64,000 nt of DNA. Origin: an uncultured Nitrospiraceae bacterium. Lineage in GTDB: Bacteria > Nitrospirota > Nitrospiria > Nitrospirales > Nitrospiraceae. Location: NCBI GenBank assembly GCA_963846575.1, contig CAWJWJ010000002.1:672001-736000 (forward strand). The letters run 5' to 3'. Numbering within the stretch: position 1 is the stretch's first letter; each line of letters opens with the position of its first letter. The translations under genes were made by a program, and so were the position numbers. This document shows positions 11,883 to 26,784 of this stretch, in pieces. The notes under the pieces were generated by a model. It ran no database searches. It was not told where the DNA came from and saw only the letters and a list, made by a program, of their open reading frames with translations.

Positions 11883-12671
11883 GTGGCCACAGGTCCAATC
11901 ATCGACATTAGAAGGGTTAGCCTGTATCGAGGCGATACTCCTGTCTTCTGTGACTTGTCTTTATCCCTCCATGAAAACGAACACGTCGCCATTCTCGGGC
12001 CCAATGGAGCGGGCAAGTCCACCTTTCTGAAGATGCTGTCCGGCGAGGTGCACCCACTGGCGCTGGACTATAGCCAGGTGCGGCTTTTCGGCGAAGAACG
12101 ATGGGATGTCTGGGATGTGCGGAAGAAGCTGGGAATCGTCTCATCCGACCTGCAGCGTGATTATCTACCGTGCGCCGAGGGATACAACGTCGTGCTGTCA
12201 GGATTTTACGCCAGTAACGACATCTACGCCCACCAGGTGTTTAGTCAGGCGCAGATCGCCCGGGCGCATGAGGTGATAGAAGAGTTGGGAATTATGCCAC
12301 TAGCCGGTCGTCCCTTCGGCCACCTTTCGACTGGGGAACAGCGAAGGTTTCTTCTTGGACGAGCTCTTGTACAAGATCCGCCGGTGCTCCTGTTGGACGA
12401 GCCGACCAGTGGGTTAGATCTGAAATCCTGCTTCCAGTACCTGGATCTCGTGCGAGCACAGATCGGCAAGGGCAAGACCGTCGTGCTTGTCACGCACCAT
12501 CTGCATGAAATCCCTCCTGAAATCGATCGGACAATCTTTTTAAAGCAGGGACAGATTGTGGCCGACGGATCAAAGGCAGCGCTACTCACCGACGACTATA
12601 TCAGCAACCTCTTCGATTGCCGTATCGTGCTTGCCAAGGCCAATGGGTGGTACCAGGCTCTACCCGGGTAA
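11883..12671 (+). CDS. Stand-alone ABC ATP-binding protein (ModF-like)
   Basis: Walker A GPNGAGKST, signature LSTGEQ, Walker B LLLDEP, H-loop VTHH. Confidence 0.88.
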   Translation: MATGPIIDIRRVSLYRGDTPVFCDLSLSLHENEHVAILGPNGAGKSTFLKMLSGEVHPLALDYSQVRLFGEERWDVWDVRKKLGIVSSDLQRDYLPCAEGYNVVLSGFYASNDIYAHQVFSQAQIARAHEVIEELGIMPLAGRPFGHLSTGEQRRFLLGRALVQDPPVLLLDEPTSGLDLKSCFQYLDLVRAQIGKGKTVVLVTHHLHEIPPEIDRTIFLKQGQIVADGSKAALLTDDYISNLFDCRIVLAKANGWYQALPG

Positions 12672-12715
12672 TGCCGTGTCACACGCAGCAGCCTTTGGCC
12701 CTGCGTCGCCTCCTT

Positions 12716-13765
12716 CTACCCTCCTGCCAGTGTGACGGTGAAGGTGAGGATGGTATCGATCCTCCGGACTTTGACCGCCACCCTCTGACCCGGTGTCGTC
12801 CGTTCGATGAGATAATTCTTGAGATGAGCTGCGTCGTCGATCTCCGTGCCTTCCACCGCAATGATGATGTCGTGTTTCTGGATACCGGCCGACTTCGCTG
12901 GTTCCATCACATCTTTGACCGCCATGCGCCACTTGGTGCCATCCTTGACTGGCATCATGTGAATGCCCATCTTTGAGAAGGCCAGGGGTTTTCCAGCCAG
13001 GGCGGCGTTGACAATCCGTTCAGCGAGGGTGGCCGGAATTGCAAAGGCCATCCGGCTGCAATGTGCGGTGGAGTCATCGCGTTCGGTTTGGATAATCGCA
13101 TGCATGATCCCGACCACTTCCCCCTTGTCGTTGAAAAGGCCGCCGCCGCTGTTCCCGCTGCAGGCGGCCACGTCGGCTTGTACCAGTCTGGTGTCCACCG
13201 TCTGGAGGAAGGTATTTGTATTACCCAGGTGTCCGAACGACATGGTCGGTCCCCATCCCATCGGATAGCCGACGGTGAACACCTCTTGGCCTGGTTGCAC
13301 TTCGCCGGCGGCGAATACGGCCCTCGCAGGCAAGGTGTGACGATGGACTTCAGCCACGCGATAAACTACGACATCCATAAATGCGCTGTCTCCGACGAGT
13401 TCGGCGGGGATTTCGTGGAGATCGGTAGTGATGAGATGAATCTGTTTTGGAATTGTGGCCCCCTGCGTCTCATGTTTTTCCACCGCGTGGCGAGCGGTAA
13501 CCAGATAACCATCGCGAAGATGGAAGCCTGTGCCGCGGATGAGGAGTTTGCCAGGTTTATCCGGGGTGCGCTGGTCCTGCGTGTCTTCCAGCACCCCTAT
13601 CGTTGCCTGTTTGGCCCGTTCTAACGCGGCGGCATCGATAGCCGAAGCATCGGAGGTGAAGAATCCTGCGACCAGGACTATGCAGGTCATCATAAACGTC
13701 GCCCAAGGAAACACGTGACGTGATGCTGGAGATGAGGCCAGGGACATGGAAACTATTCCTTTCAT
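12716..13765 (-). CDS. S1C trypsin-like serine protease with PDZ domain
   Basis: Signal peptide; TARH, GYP, GNSGGGL catalytic motifs; C-terminal PDZ (PAKSAGIQKHDIIIAV). Confidence 0.88.
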   Translation of the reverse strand: MKGIVSMSLASSPASRHVFPWATFMMTCIVLVAGFFTSDASAIDAAALERAKQATIGVLEDTQDQRTPDKPGKLLIRGTGFHLRDGYLVTARHAVEKHETQGATIPKQIHLITTDLHEIPAELVGDSAFMDVVVYRVAEVHRHTLPARAVFAAGEVQPGQEVFTVGYPMGWGPTMSFGHLGNTNTFLQTVDTRLVQADVAACSGNSGGGLFNDKGEVVGIMHAIIQTERDDSTAHCSRMAFAIPATLAERIVNAALAGKPLAFSKMGIHMMPVKDGTKWRMAVKDVMEPAKSAGIQKHDIIIAVEGTEIDDAAHLKNYLIERTTPGQRVAVKVRRIDTILTFTVTLAGG

Positions 13766-13895
13766 GAGATTGTCGCCAAGTCAGCAGTATAATCTAGAGT
13801 GAGCCTTGGAAGAAATGTTGGCAGGCCTTATGGCACAGCACCATGGCAACCGGACCCCTGATATGGAATGGTTCGATGATCTAGGTTATGTTCTT

Positions 13896-14459
13896 ATGAT
13901 GGTGAAACTGCCAGCCAGCTTCCTCTCAGCGGCCATGTTAACGATGTTGGTCGGCTGCGCTTCGCCCGCGATCGTGCCTGAGGCTCTGGAACGGCAGATT
14001 GACAAGACGGTGGCGTTCAGTCAGGTCATTCAATCACCCGATTCCTATCGTGGGAAGATGGTCGTCTGGGGCGGGGAGGTGCTCAAGGCGAACGCATTGC
14101 AGGGCGGCACTCAACTGGAAGTCTTGCAACTGCCGTTAACTGAGAACCAGGAGCCGGCCCGTGACCGCATGGCGTCACAGGGACGGTTCATCGCCTGGCA
14201 ACAGGAATTTCTCGATCCCGCTACGATTGCGGAAGGTACCAGGGTGACCATCGTCGGAGAGCTTTCCGGCGCGGTGGTCGGAAAAATGGACGAGACGGAC
14301 TATCGCTATCCGGTGATGGAGACGAAGTATCTCCACCGCTGGGAGGCCAGGGATGTCGATGAACCCCGCAGGTATGGGCCATGGTGGAGCGTTTTTGGTG
14401 GAGTCGGATTTGGCGGGGGCGGTAGCCGCAGCGGTGGCGGGATTAGCATCGGCTTTTAG
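13896..14459 (+). CDS. slp: Slp family outer-membrane lipoprotein
   Basis: Lipobox LVGC; WGGEV, EVLQLPL, SQGRF, FLDPA, YRYP motifs. Confidence 0.85.
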   Translation: MMVKLPASFLSAAMLTMLVGCASPAIVPEALERQIDKTVAFSQVIQSPDSYRGKMVVWGGEVLKANALQGGTQLEVLQLPLTENQEPARDRMASQGRFIAWQQEFLDPATIAEGTRVTIVGELSGAVVGKMDETDYRYPVMETKYLHRWEARDVDEPRRYGPWWSVFGGVGFGGGGSRSGGGISIGF

Positions 14460-14614
14460 CTATAGTCTCGCGCGAGGTACTACCCATCTGAGCCCAGATC
14501 TTCAAGATTTTTCAAACGCTACCATGCCGGTGGCGGAGCGGATGTCCCGCTGCCATTCTTCTCTTGCCAGTTCTTCGCAGCGGGCCCCTGGAAGGGTGAA
14601 CCGTTTTTTGAATG

Positions 14615-15481
14615 TCAGGCACGGGGGTCGGCAAAGGTATCGCAGGTTTTAGGATCGCCGGATTGCAGCCCCCGGCGTAGCCAGGTCTTCCGTTGTTCGG
14701 AGGATCCGTGGGTCCAACTTTCCGGTTGCACATATCCTCGTGACATCGTTTGTAAGCGGTCATCCCCTATGGCCGCCGCAGCGCGCAGGCCTGCCTCGAA
14801 GTCGCCGGGTTCGATAAGATTGCGCTTCCGTCTAGCATGGTATCCCCAAACACCTGCAAAACAATCGGCTTGCAGTTCCAGACGGACGGAGAGGGCGTTG
14901 CGCTGGGTAGTGGGGGCGCGTTGCTGCATTCGGGTGACTCTCTCAGACAGGCCAAGTAAATTTTGAACATGGTGGCCGATCTCATGGGCAATGACATAGG
15001 CCTGTGCGAATTCCCCGGGTGCGCCGAGTCTTTCTGCCATTTCACTAAAAAACGAAAGGTCCAAATAGACCCTGTCGTCTCCGGGGCAGTAGAAGGGGCC
15101 GACGGCGGATGAGGCGGTCCCGCAGGCGGACCGTACCGCTCCTGTAAAGAGAACCATTTGAGGGTCTTGATAGGCGTGGCCCAGGGTGGGAAGTAGTTCC
15201 CGCCACGTATCCTCAGTAGAGGCAAGCACGACGGAGGCAAATTTGCCGAGGCTGTCGACGGGAGGACCCATTGGCCCCGAAGGGGCTGGTTCTGATGTGG
15301 TGGCAATGTCCTCCACACCATTTATCACATTAAGGACGGTGAGCGGATTTGTTCCTGTGAGAAAACTGACGGCCAGCACAAGAACAAGGCCACCCAATCC
15401 CAGTCCCACCCCGGAGCTGGCAGGCCCCATGCCCCTTCGGTCCTCAATGTTTTGACTCCCCCTGTGCCCTCCCCATCGCAT
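14615..15481 (-). CDS. Neutral zinc metallopeptidase (YpfJ-like)
   Basis: MRW..R.S.NIEDRR, GPFYCP.D, AHEIGHHVQ (HExxH), ELQADC, THGSSEQR. Confidence 0.92.
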   Translation of the reverse strand: MRWGGHRGSQNIEDRRGMGPASSGVGLGLGGLVLVLAVSFLTGTNPLTVLNVINGVEDIATTSEPAPSGPMGPPVDSLGKFASVVLASTEDTWRELLPTLGHAYQDPQMVLFTGAVRSACGTASSAVGPFYCPGDDRVYLDLSFFSEMAERLGAPGEFAQAYVIAHEIGHHVQNLLGLSERVTRMQQRAPTTQRNALSVRLELQADCFAGVWGYHARRKRNLIEPGDFEAGLRAAAAIGDDRLQTMSRGYVQPESWTHGSSEQRKTWLRRGLQSGDPKTCDTFADPRA

Positions 15482-15785
15482 ACAGGGACCCTCCGCGACA
15501 TGTGACGCTTATGCCCTTCGGTAGACCGTGACGTACGACGAGCAGTCAAGTCAAGCCGCGCACGCCAGCGCTCGACCTTGCTGTACCAGACGGGTCAAGG
15601 CGCGTCTCAATAGAAGGCAGCCTGCCCGCCAGTCTAGCCACTCTGCAGAGTTGCTAGCTGAACAGTTCTGCAACCCACTTCTCGCCTGCGACGCGATGCC
15701 CGGCTCCATAGAAAATTTGGTCTCGCCTATAGCAGGCTCATCTCGGGGCTGGACATGAGTTTGAGAGGTTGGTTAGACTCATGTT

Positions 15786-16394
15786 ATGGGAGCTAGAATT
15801 TCGATCGCGCGCACAATCCTTTCCATCAACGGTGCGGCCTTGGGACTGGTTGGGCTGCTCCAAGGCTGCCAAGTTCCTACGACTATGCCACCCAGTGCCA
15901 ATTTAAAGCCCAGTCTAGCGGGGCCGGAATGTCCCAAGATCGGCGGGATCTACGAATTGAACGGCGAAGCACTGCCGGGCATGATGGATTTCTACCGCAA
16001 TCGGAACAACAAACTCACGTTAAATGCGATGCTCGGTGTAGCGGCTCCAGCCGAGGTGTTACAGGATGCCGTGCGGGTGGAATTGTTGCACGACGATACA
16101 TTGGAATTAGTGAATCGCCATGATGGTGCGATCACGGCCCATCAATTGGATTTGCAGCCAGAGGATCGCGTGACCTGCAGTCCTAATCGCATTACGATCC
16201 ATCGGGTCCGCTTCGAAGGAGGCGATGACCCTGAACCGCTCCGCAACATTTCGGAGATGGCGCAGGATTTGACTGTGGAGGGTGATGGTACATTGCTTGT
16301 CAGAACTCGCATCGTGAACCAGAGCAAATCCACATTCTTCAGCACGCCGGTTCCACAGGAAGAATATGCGGCCCGGTTCCGGCGTCTTGATTGA
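15786..16394 (+). CDS. Hypothetical lipoprotein
   Basis: 202-aa ORF with hydrophobic leader and LQGC lipobox. Confidence 0.65.
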   Translation: MGARISIARTILSINGAALGLVGLLQGCQVPTTMPPSANLKPSLAGPECPKIGGIYELNGEALPGMMDFYRNRNNKLTLNAMLGVAAPAEVLQDAVRVELLHDDTLELVNRHDGAITAHQLDLQPEDRVTCSPNRITIHRVRFEGGDDPEPLRNISEMAQDLTVEGDGTLLVRTRIVNQSKSTFFSTPVPQEEYAARFRRLD

Positions 16395-16997
16395 CTCCGT
16401 GGTTTGGTTGATAACGGTCCCGGAAACCCATAAGAATTTTCCTCTGCTTCAATCTTCAAATTCCGCCTGACGGCTTCTCCGCCGCCGCGAGTAGTCCACG
16501 ACCTGACACCACACGGTTCCCTCTCTAGCCAGCGCGCCTCAAAAAGGCTGACCTCCCGATGCGTTCTACGGCAGTTGCTGCGACGGGACAGGTGCGAGTG
16601 GGCCTGATCCGATACACGTGCTGTGAATGCACTGCGACAAACCCCAGATAGCCAGCCGGTCCTTCTTTTTGAGCCAGGGTCGCGCCGCCTTATACCGTTG
16701 ATCTCCACTGTGATGGTACATAGAATCGGTTCGACTAATGCCGAGCCGGATCCACCGATTCTTGTGGGTTTTCGCAAAGACAATCGTTCAGCCAGGCCAC
16801 GCGGGTGACAGGTCAGGCATCATGCAGAATGGAGCCCAGGACATGGAGGATATGAACGGCACCCGCTGCCTGTCTCGGAACAAAATCCTGATGTCTGTGG
16901 TAGAGCGTATGGTTTGCAGAACAACCCTTTTGTTTCTTCCTCCTGATGAGCGCCAAAAGTCAATGGGCATCGGGCGTATGGACAGTTGGTTGTAACA

Positions 16998-17624
16998 ATG
17001 AGGACTCCCGCCCGCACATTAGCGTTTTATAAACCCTACGGCGTCTTGCCTTGTTTTACGGATCCTCAAGGTCGGCCCACGCTGCGGGATTATGTCGATG
17101 TTCCCGATGTGTATGCAGCCGGACGGCTCGATCGAGATAGCGAAGGACTGTTGCTCTTGACCTCGGACGGGTTGCTGGCTCACTGTGTCACCGACCCGCA
17201 GCATCATCTCGGCAAAGTCTATCTCGCTCAGGTGGAACGGGTGCCCGATGCCTCCGCACTACAACAGTTACGCCGCGGAGTGCTCCTACATGGCGCCTAC
17301 ACCAGGCCTGCGGAAGCGCGTCTCTTGGTCGAGGCACCCGTGCTGCCGGAGCGAACAATCCCGATTAGATTCCGAAAGAACGTCCCCACCGCCTGGCTGG
17401 AACTTACTCTGTACGAAGGCATGAACCGGCAGGTACGACGGATGACAGCCGCGGTGGACCATCCAACCTTGCGGTTGGTGCGACGGGCGATTGGGCCGGT
17501 TACCCTGGGAGATCTTCAGCCTGGTCAGTGGCGGGAGTTGACTCGTGCCGAAGTGGCGAAAATTTACAGCGGCACGCAGGCAGTCTCACTGGCCATGCCT
17601 CAAACTGCGCCCCATAACGAGTGA
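16998..17624 (+). CDS. rluE: 23S rRNA pseudouridine synthase RluE family
   Basis: KPYGVL.CF, AGRLDRDSEGLL, PIRFRKNVPT.W, EGMNRQVRRMTAAV. Confidence 0.9.
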   Translation: MRTPARTLAFYKPYGVLPCFTDPQGRPTLRDYVDVPDVYAAGRLDRDSEGLLLLTSDGLLAHCVTDPQHHLGKVYLAQVERVPDASALQQLRRGVLLHGAYTRPAEARLLVEAPVLPERTIPIRFRKNVPTAWLELTLYEGMNRQVRRMTAAVDHPTLRLVRRAIGPVTLGDLQPGQWRELTRAEVAKIYSGTQAVSLAMPQTAPHNE

Positions 17625-17890
17625 GTGCGCTCTAGAGGGACGTGAGTCTACTAGACCGTGTGCTCTGCGACGCGGCTTCAGGGCGGGATTGATTCCGGGC
17701 CAGGAGTACCAGAGTTTCGGCGCAGTATGTCTGCCCTGTTGAGACTCTGAACGATGGGGGTTCTGCCGTAGAAAGCCTGCTGGTCGGACACATTGGCAAG
17801 GTTACGATCGTAGCTTAGGGAGGAGCGCATTCTTTTTCGCCTCCTCAATGGACGATAGTTCACCGACTGTGAGCGGGAAGGGAGGTTCAG

Positions 17891-18352
17891 ATGGGACGTC
17901 TTGAGGGGAGCTGGATCCAAGCAGTCTGTGTCGGTGCATCGTTGCTTATTTGTGCTGTGGCGGCCGAGGCTGGCGATACCCTCGTCACCGTTGAGAGTCA
18001 TTATTCTGTACATGAAGCGATTGATCGACTCGAAAAGATCCTGGTCGAAAAAGGCATGAAAATTTTCGCTCACATCAATCATTCGGCCGAGGCGAAGAAG
18101 GTTGGCTTGGACATGCGAGCTAGCGAGCTACTGATTTTTGGCAATCCCAGGGGCGGCACAGCGCTGATGCTTGCCAAGCCTACGGCCGCGATTGATCTGC
18201 CAATGAAGGTCTTGGTGTGGGAGGATTCGAAGGGAGAGGCGTGGTTGACCTACAACGCGCCCGAGCTGTTGCACGAACGGCATGCTGTGCCGAAGGAATT
18301 GGTGGGTAGGCTCAACCCCCTGGGACCATTGCTAGAACGAGCGGTTGAATAA
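17891..18352 (+). CDS. DUF302 domain protein, exported
   Basis: IFAHINHS, LIFGNPRGGT.LM, IDLPMKVLVWED; GGAGG RBS. Confidence 0.88.
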   Translation: MGRLEGSWIQAVCVGASLLICAVAAEAGDTLVTVESHYSVHEAIDRLEKILVEKGMKIFAHINHSAEAKKVGLDMRASELLIFGNPRGGTALMLAKPTAAIDLPMKVLVWEDSKGEAWLTYNAPELLHERHAVPKELVGRLNPLGPLLERAVE

Positions 18353-18614
18353 TCGACTCCATGTCGTCGAATTGACTTCGCATTAGAAAACAGCGCGAAT
18401 GAGGAATAATATTATCCAGTGAATGATCCTGAGGCGAGATGGAGAGCCTACAAGACTGCGTACAACCACTCATCGTCGAGGCCCACGAAGTGGTTGTAAT
18501 GCACTGCAATCGAAATGCGATTCAACGCTCGAGTGGCGTATTGTAGCTACGGTGGTCAAGTCGGAATGATAAATTGCGTTCAGAGATGGGAGATTGCCGA
18601 TGTGGTCACAGACC

Positions 18615-19148
18615 ATGGTTATGAGTAAGCTGTCGGGTTTTTTCCTTCCTATGGTCGGCCTCAGTCTCTTGCTCATTTCGACCGCAGAGGGCGCAGGTGC
18701 CGATGCAGTCACTCTTGCAGATATGAGGCAAGTTCGGAAGTTCGTCGCGGTAGAGGTTCAGACTCAAGGAACGGCGGAGAAACTTGGTATTAGTAGCGCG
18801 GAACTGACCGACGTGACGAGGGTGACCTTGCTAAATAAAATTCCGGGAATAGCGCTCGAAGGGTCGGGTGGTCCCGCCCCGGACGCTTCAGAACGACTTA
18901 ACCAACTCGGGTTTTTTACCTGCGAAGTGTGGACTGTTGGGGAGCAGTATATTGCGGCCTATCATGTCGATTGCAACGCTGGTGCCTATACCGCACAAAA
19001 AACGCCTGGCAGCCTTTGGAATCAAGCCATATTGGGGTACGGTCCGAAAGACGAAGTCTCTGATGCTGTGAGAAAAGGCGTGCGCGCGATGGTCGAACTC
19101 TTCGCCGCGACATTCTCCAGTGCTCGGGGAGATGGGGATGGCCGATGA
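18615..19148 (+). CDS. Hypothetical exported protein
   Basis: ORF with signal peptide (LSLLLISTAEGAGA); no recognised motif; start uncertain. Confidence 0.6.
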   Translation: MVMSKLSGFFLPMVGLSLLLISTAEGAGADAVTLADMRQVRKFVAVEVQTQGTAEKLGISSAELTDVTRVTLLNKIPGIALEGSGGPAPDASERLNQLGFFTCEVWTVGEQYIAAYHVDCNAGAYTAQKTPGSLWNQAILGYGPKDEVSDAVRKGVRAMVELFAATFSSARGDGDGR

Positions 19149-19309
19149 GAAGTAGAACTTTGCAAGGCTAGAATGACGCGCTATTCTCGCAGCCGTTCGA
19201 CGTGCCAGCTGTGTCGTTTGCTACATCCCACTTTTCTGCAATCATCCTTGTTGTCTCGCTGATACAATGAGGCAGATCATGCCAAAGACAGTCTGCATTT
19301 GAACGAGCC

Positions 19310-19437
19310 CCCACCGCACCTTCGCCATTTTTTCTCACATGAAGGAATGATTCCAAGCTGCCGGCTTCCACCGCGCATCGGGCCAAGACATCTACTTAGT
19401 CATTGATGAGGCGCGACCTAAATCAGTCCTCTCTCAT
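19310..19437 (-). pseudogene. Possible decayed response-regulator receiver fragment
   Basis: In-frame MRED*FRSRLIND*VDVLARCAVEAGSLESFLHVRKNGEGAV loosely resembles a receiver N-terminus; two stops. Confidence 0.25.
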
Positions 19438-19593
19438 GCCGGCAATCAGGACCAGTCTAAAAGCGGTACTCGAAGGAGCACTCGGTTTGAGGGTCGCTTA
19501 CCAGGTTCCCATTCCGTCGTCGTTCGTCATTGTGTAAAAGGAGAATTTGACTGTAAAAATGGCAAGGAGTCCCGTTAGAAAGAAGTACTTCGC

Positions 19594-20622
19594 TTACAGA
19601 CGTTCGACGTCGGCAATGATTGTGTGCAACCCGCTGGACCCTGCTGGTTGTGGACGGATCAATTCGGCAATCTGCAACCGTCCGGTAGTATCAAAGGCGC
19701 GGACGGCAACCTGATATTTGCCTCGTTTGGGCGGTCGCCATGTGTAATTCCAAATAACCCATGAATATTGGGACATCGGTGGTTCGATTTCGCAGGGCGT
19801 CCACGTTCGGGCCGCGTCCATACTGATTTCGACCCTGCTGATGGACTGTGGTCCTCCGAACGCGATGCCGCGGAAGCGCTGCTCTGGGCCACGCAGTGCT
19901 TGGTAGTGTCCCGGAGAATCAATTCGTGAAAAAATCTTGATCGTGCCGTCATCAGTCCAGCCTTTGCGTTGCCAATAGCCACGGTAGTCCCCGGCATAAG
20001 CCTCAATTTCGACTATCCATTTGACATTTTTAATCCCGTACAGCCCCGGCACAATCAATCGCAGCGGAAAGCCGTGTTCTTTCGGGAGTTTTTCGCCATT
20101 CATTAGAAATGCGAGCATGACGTCGTCCTGCATCGCGCGAGCTATGGGAATGCTGTCGTCATAGGCGTCCGCTCCACGAAAAACGATGTCGCGCGTGGTC
20201 TCTTCGTCGATCTCTACTTCCTGCAGCAGTTTTTTTAAAGAGATGCCGCGCCATCGCGCATTGCCGAGGCTATCCCCTCCGGGCAGTGTATCGATGCACA
20301 TCAGGGTTGATATTTGTTCGAAGTTTTCACGATTTAAGAGTTCGCGCCAGCCCAGCGAGAGGGGCTTCTTCACTTCCCCCTTAACCGATAATCTCCACTG
20401 ATCCTGGCGAAGATCGCGCGAGACATTAAATGGCGAGTCGGAGTAATTGACGACATAGAATTTCTGATTCTGAGTGAAGTAATCGGTCTGCCGCGGTGGC
20501 ATGGCGAACATGCGACCGAAAAAAGATCCGACTGCATCGCAACCTCCGGTGATGCCAACAGCAGCCGCAATTCCAGTGAGTTTTAGAAGATTGCGACGCT
20601 GAAGAGATAGCCAATTATTCAT
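19594..20622 (-). CDS. Molybdopterin-dependent oxidoreductase, sulfite oxidase family, Tat-exported (possible lipoprotein)
   Basis: Tat motif QRRNLLK; Mo-ligand TLMC; NGEKLPKEHGFPLRLIVPGLYGIKNVKW; C-terminal dimerisation domain. Confidence 0.88.
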   Translation of the reverse strand: MNNWLSLQRRNLLKLTGIAAAVGITGGCDAVGSFFGRMFAMPPRQTDYFTQNQKFYVVNYSDSPFNVSRDLRQDQWRLSVKGEVKKPLSLGWRELLNRENFEQISTLMCIDTLPGGDSLGNARWRGISLKKLLQEVEIDEETTRDIVFRGADAYDDSIPIARAMQDDVMLAFLMNGEKLPKEHGFPLRLIVPGLYGIKNVKWIVEIEAYAGDYRGYWQRKGWTDDGTIKIFSRIDSPGHYQALRGPEQRFRGIAFGGPQSISRVEISMDAARTWTPCEIEPPMSQYSWVIWNYTWRPPKRGKYQVAVRAFDTTGRLQIAELIRPQPAGSSGLHTIIADVERL

Positions 20623-20785
20623 ATGAAATACTCTGCGATAATAAAAAGATGAATGCAAGGCTTGACTCCGGAATGCCAGATTGGTATAAAGGCGCACGTT
20701 TGATCCAGCCTAGTGGCCGATGCGGTTGTAAGCCCCGCGACGGATTCTCAGGAAGCCCAGATCAAAAAAATATCTCCCAGTCCTC

Positions 20786-20814
20786 TTGACAGGGATAGGC
20801 CAGCGTAGTAAAGT
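20786..20814 (+). promoter_or_regulatory. rrn promoter
   Basis: TTGACA-17 nt-TAAAGT, A-tract upstream, GC-rich discriminator, BoxA-like GTTCTTTGACAA at about 20841. Confidence 0.8.
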
Positions 20815-20925
20815 GCGCGGCTCGCGTGATGAACGCGTCGGTTCTTTGACAACTGAATAGAGCGAGAAACGAGTAAGGTAAGGTGTATTGAAGAGGTGGC
20901 CCTCGGGTCCAATTCAAGTAGAACC

Positions 20926-22471
<1,546 letters not shown>

Positions 22472-22636
22472 TACCACTCCTTTAAGAAAACTAGGATCTT
22501 GAGGGCCACCTTTTCAATACACTACTAAGTACGGTCCCGAATTGCATCATCAGGGTGAGTAGCGCCATAAGGAGCTCATAGAGTAGATGCCACACGCGAG
22601 TTTATGATTGTCTTGGGATTGGCTCAGCGGTAGGCT

Positions 22637-22713
22637 GGGCCTGTAGCTCAGCTGGCTAGAGCACGCGCTTGATAAGCGCGGGGTCGATAGTTCGATCCTA
22701 TCCAGGCCCACCA
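22637..22713 (+). tRNA. tRNA-Ile(GAT)
   Basis: GGGCCTG...CAGGCCC ACCA cloverleaf, anticodon loop TTGATAA. Confidence 0.97.
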
Positions 22714-22776
22714 ACTGAGCCTCGAGTGTGAGTATCTCCCTCGGCGGCTCAAAAGAGGCAATCATCAAGGGTGAAC

Positions 22777-22852
22777 GGGGCTGTAGCTCAGTTGGGAGAG
22801 CACCTGCTTTGCAAGCAGGGGGTCGCTGGTTCGATTCCAGTCAGCTCCACCA
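22777..22852 (+). tRNA. tRNA-Ala(TGC)
   Basis: GGGGCTG...CAGCTCC ACCA, anticodon loop TTTGCAA. Confidence 0.97.
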
Positions 22853-22974
22853 GAATAGTATGCTGAACTCGTTTTTCGCTCTATTCAGTCGTTGATGGTA
22901 GTCAGATTGCCATCGATGTTCTTTGAAAATTTAATAGGTCTGAGAAGACCATGTGTATCAGGAGCAAAGAGAAT

Positions 22975-25980
<3,006 letters not shown>

Positions 25981-26107
25981 CCTTTGCTCCTGATAGACGT
26001 GGTCTGTAACATGAAAAAGCGAGTGCTGCATTGCGCCGTCCATGGTCAGGGAAATTCCCCATATGATCACATGGCGTGATGGAACATCGACTATCCATGA
26101 AGAAATT

Positions 26108-26226
26108 TCCCGGTGGCCTTGCCGGAGGGGTCACACCCGTTCCCATACCGAACACGGAAGTTAAGCCCTCCAAGGCCGATGATACTGCTGCCGTGAGGCA
26201 GTGGGACAGTAGGACGCTGCCGGGTT
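26108..26226 (+). rRNA. rrf: 5S rRNA
   Basis: CCCGGTGGC...CACCCGTTCCCATACCGAACACGGAAGTTAAG...GCTGCCGGG. Confidence 0.97.
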
Positions 26227-26231
26227 ATAAA

Positions 26232-26269
26232 AAGAGCCTGCTCGAGAAATCGAGCAGGCTTTTTTATTT
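26232..26269 (+). terminator. Intrinsic terminator of rrn operon
   Basis: 11-bp stem AGCCTGCTCGA-GAAA-TCGAGCAGGCT followed by T tract. Confidence 0.92.
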
Positions 26270-26784
26270 CCCGCACATTAGCCGAACAACACATAAATGA
26301 GATTTTGACCCCCTGAGATAAATGTATAGCATCTAAGATAGTTAACGGTCAGTGGGAGATGGGAGCGCTCGGATCATCATCATTGGGCTGTTGGAGTTTC
26401 GAGTTTGCATCAGCCCGCTTGGCCAGTACTGGTATTCATCTGGGTTGCCTGCATTTTCAATGACGCCGTTACTTCCAGTGAGGATGACCGTTGACTCATG
26501 TTCTGGTAGTGGCGCCGAATTTATTTGCGCCTTCTCTCTCACCTGGGTGCTGATTCCAGTTTTGTATGTATATGACGTTAACGGTGGAGAACAGTGAGGC
26601 AGAAATTTGTACCAGGCGTTTATCACGACGAAGCACCGCATGTTTTGCCAGGGATTGACGCAGCTAAGCTTGGCACGTGGGTTAGTCCGAGGCAACGCCG
26701 TACCACTACCTTTTTGCATGCTGAAAGTATTGCCCGGAGCGTTATTCTCCGGTCCCGCTGCTCATTCAGACTACTTCGTTGTGG

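Noticed and set aside
16395..16997. Short ORFs between the lipoprotein gene and rluE
   Set aside because: Overlapping frames with no motifs or consistent support
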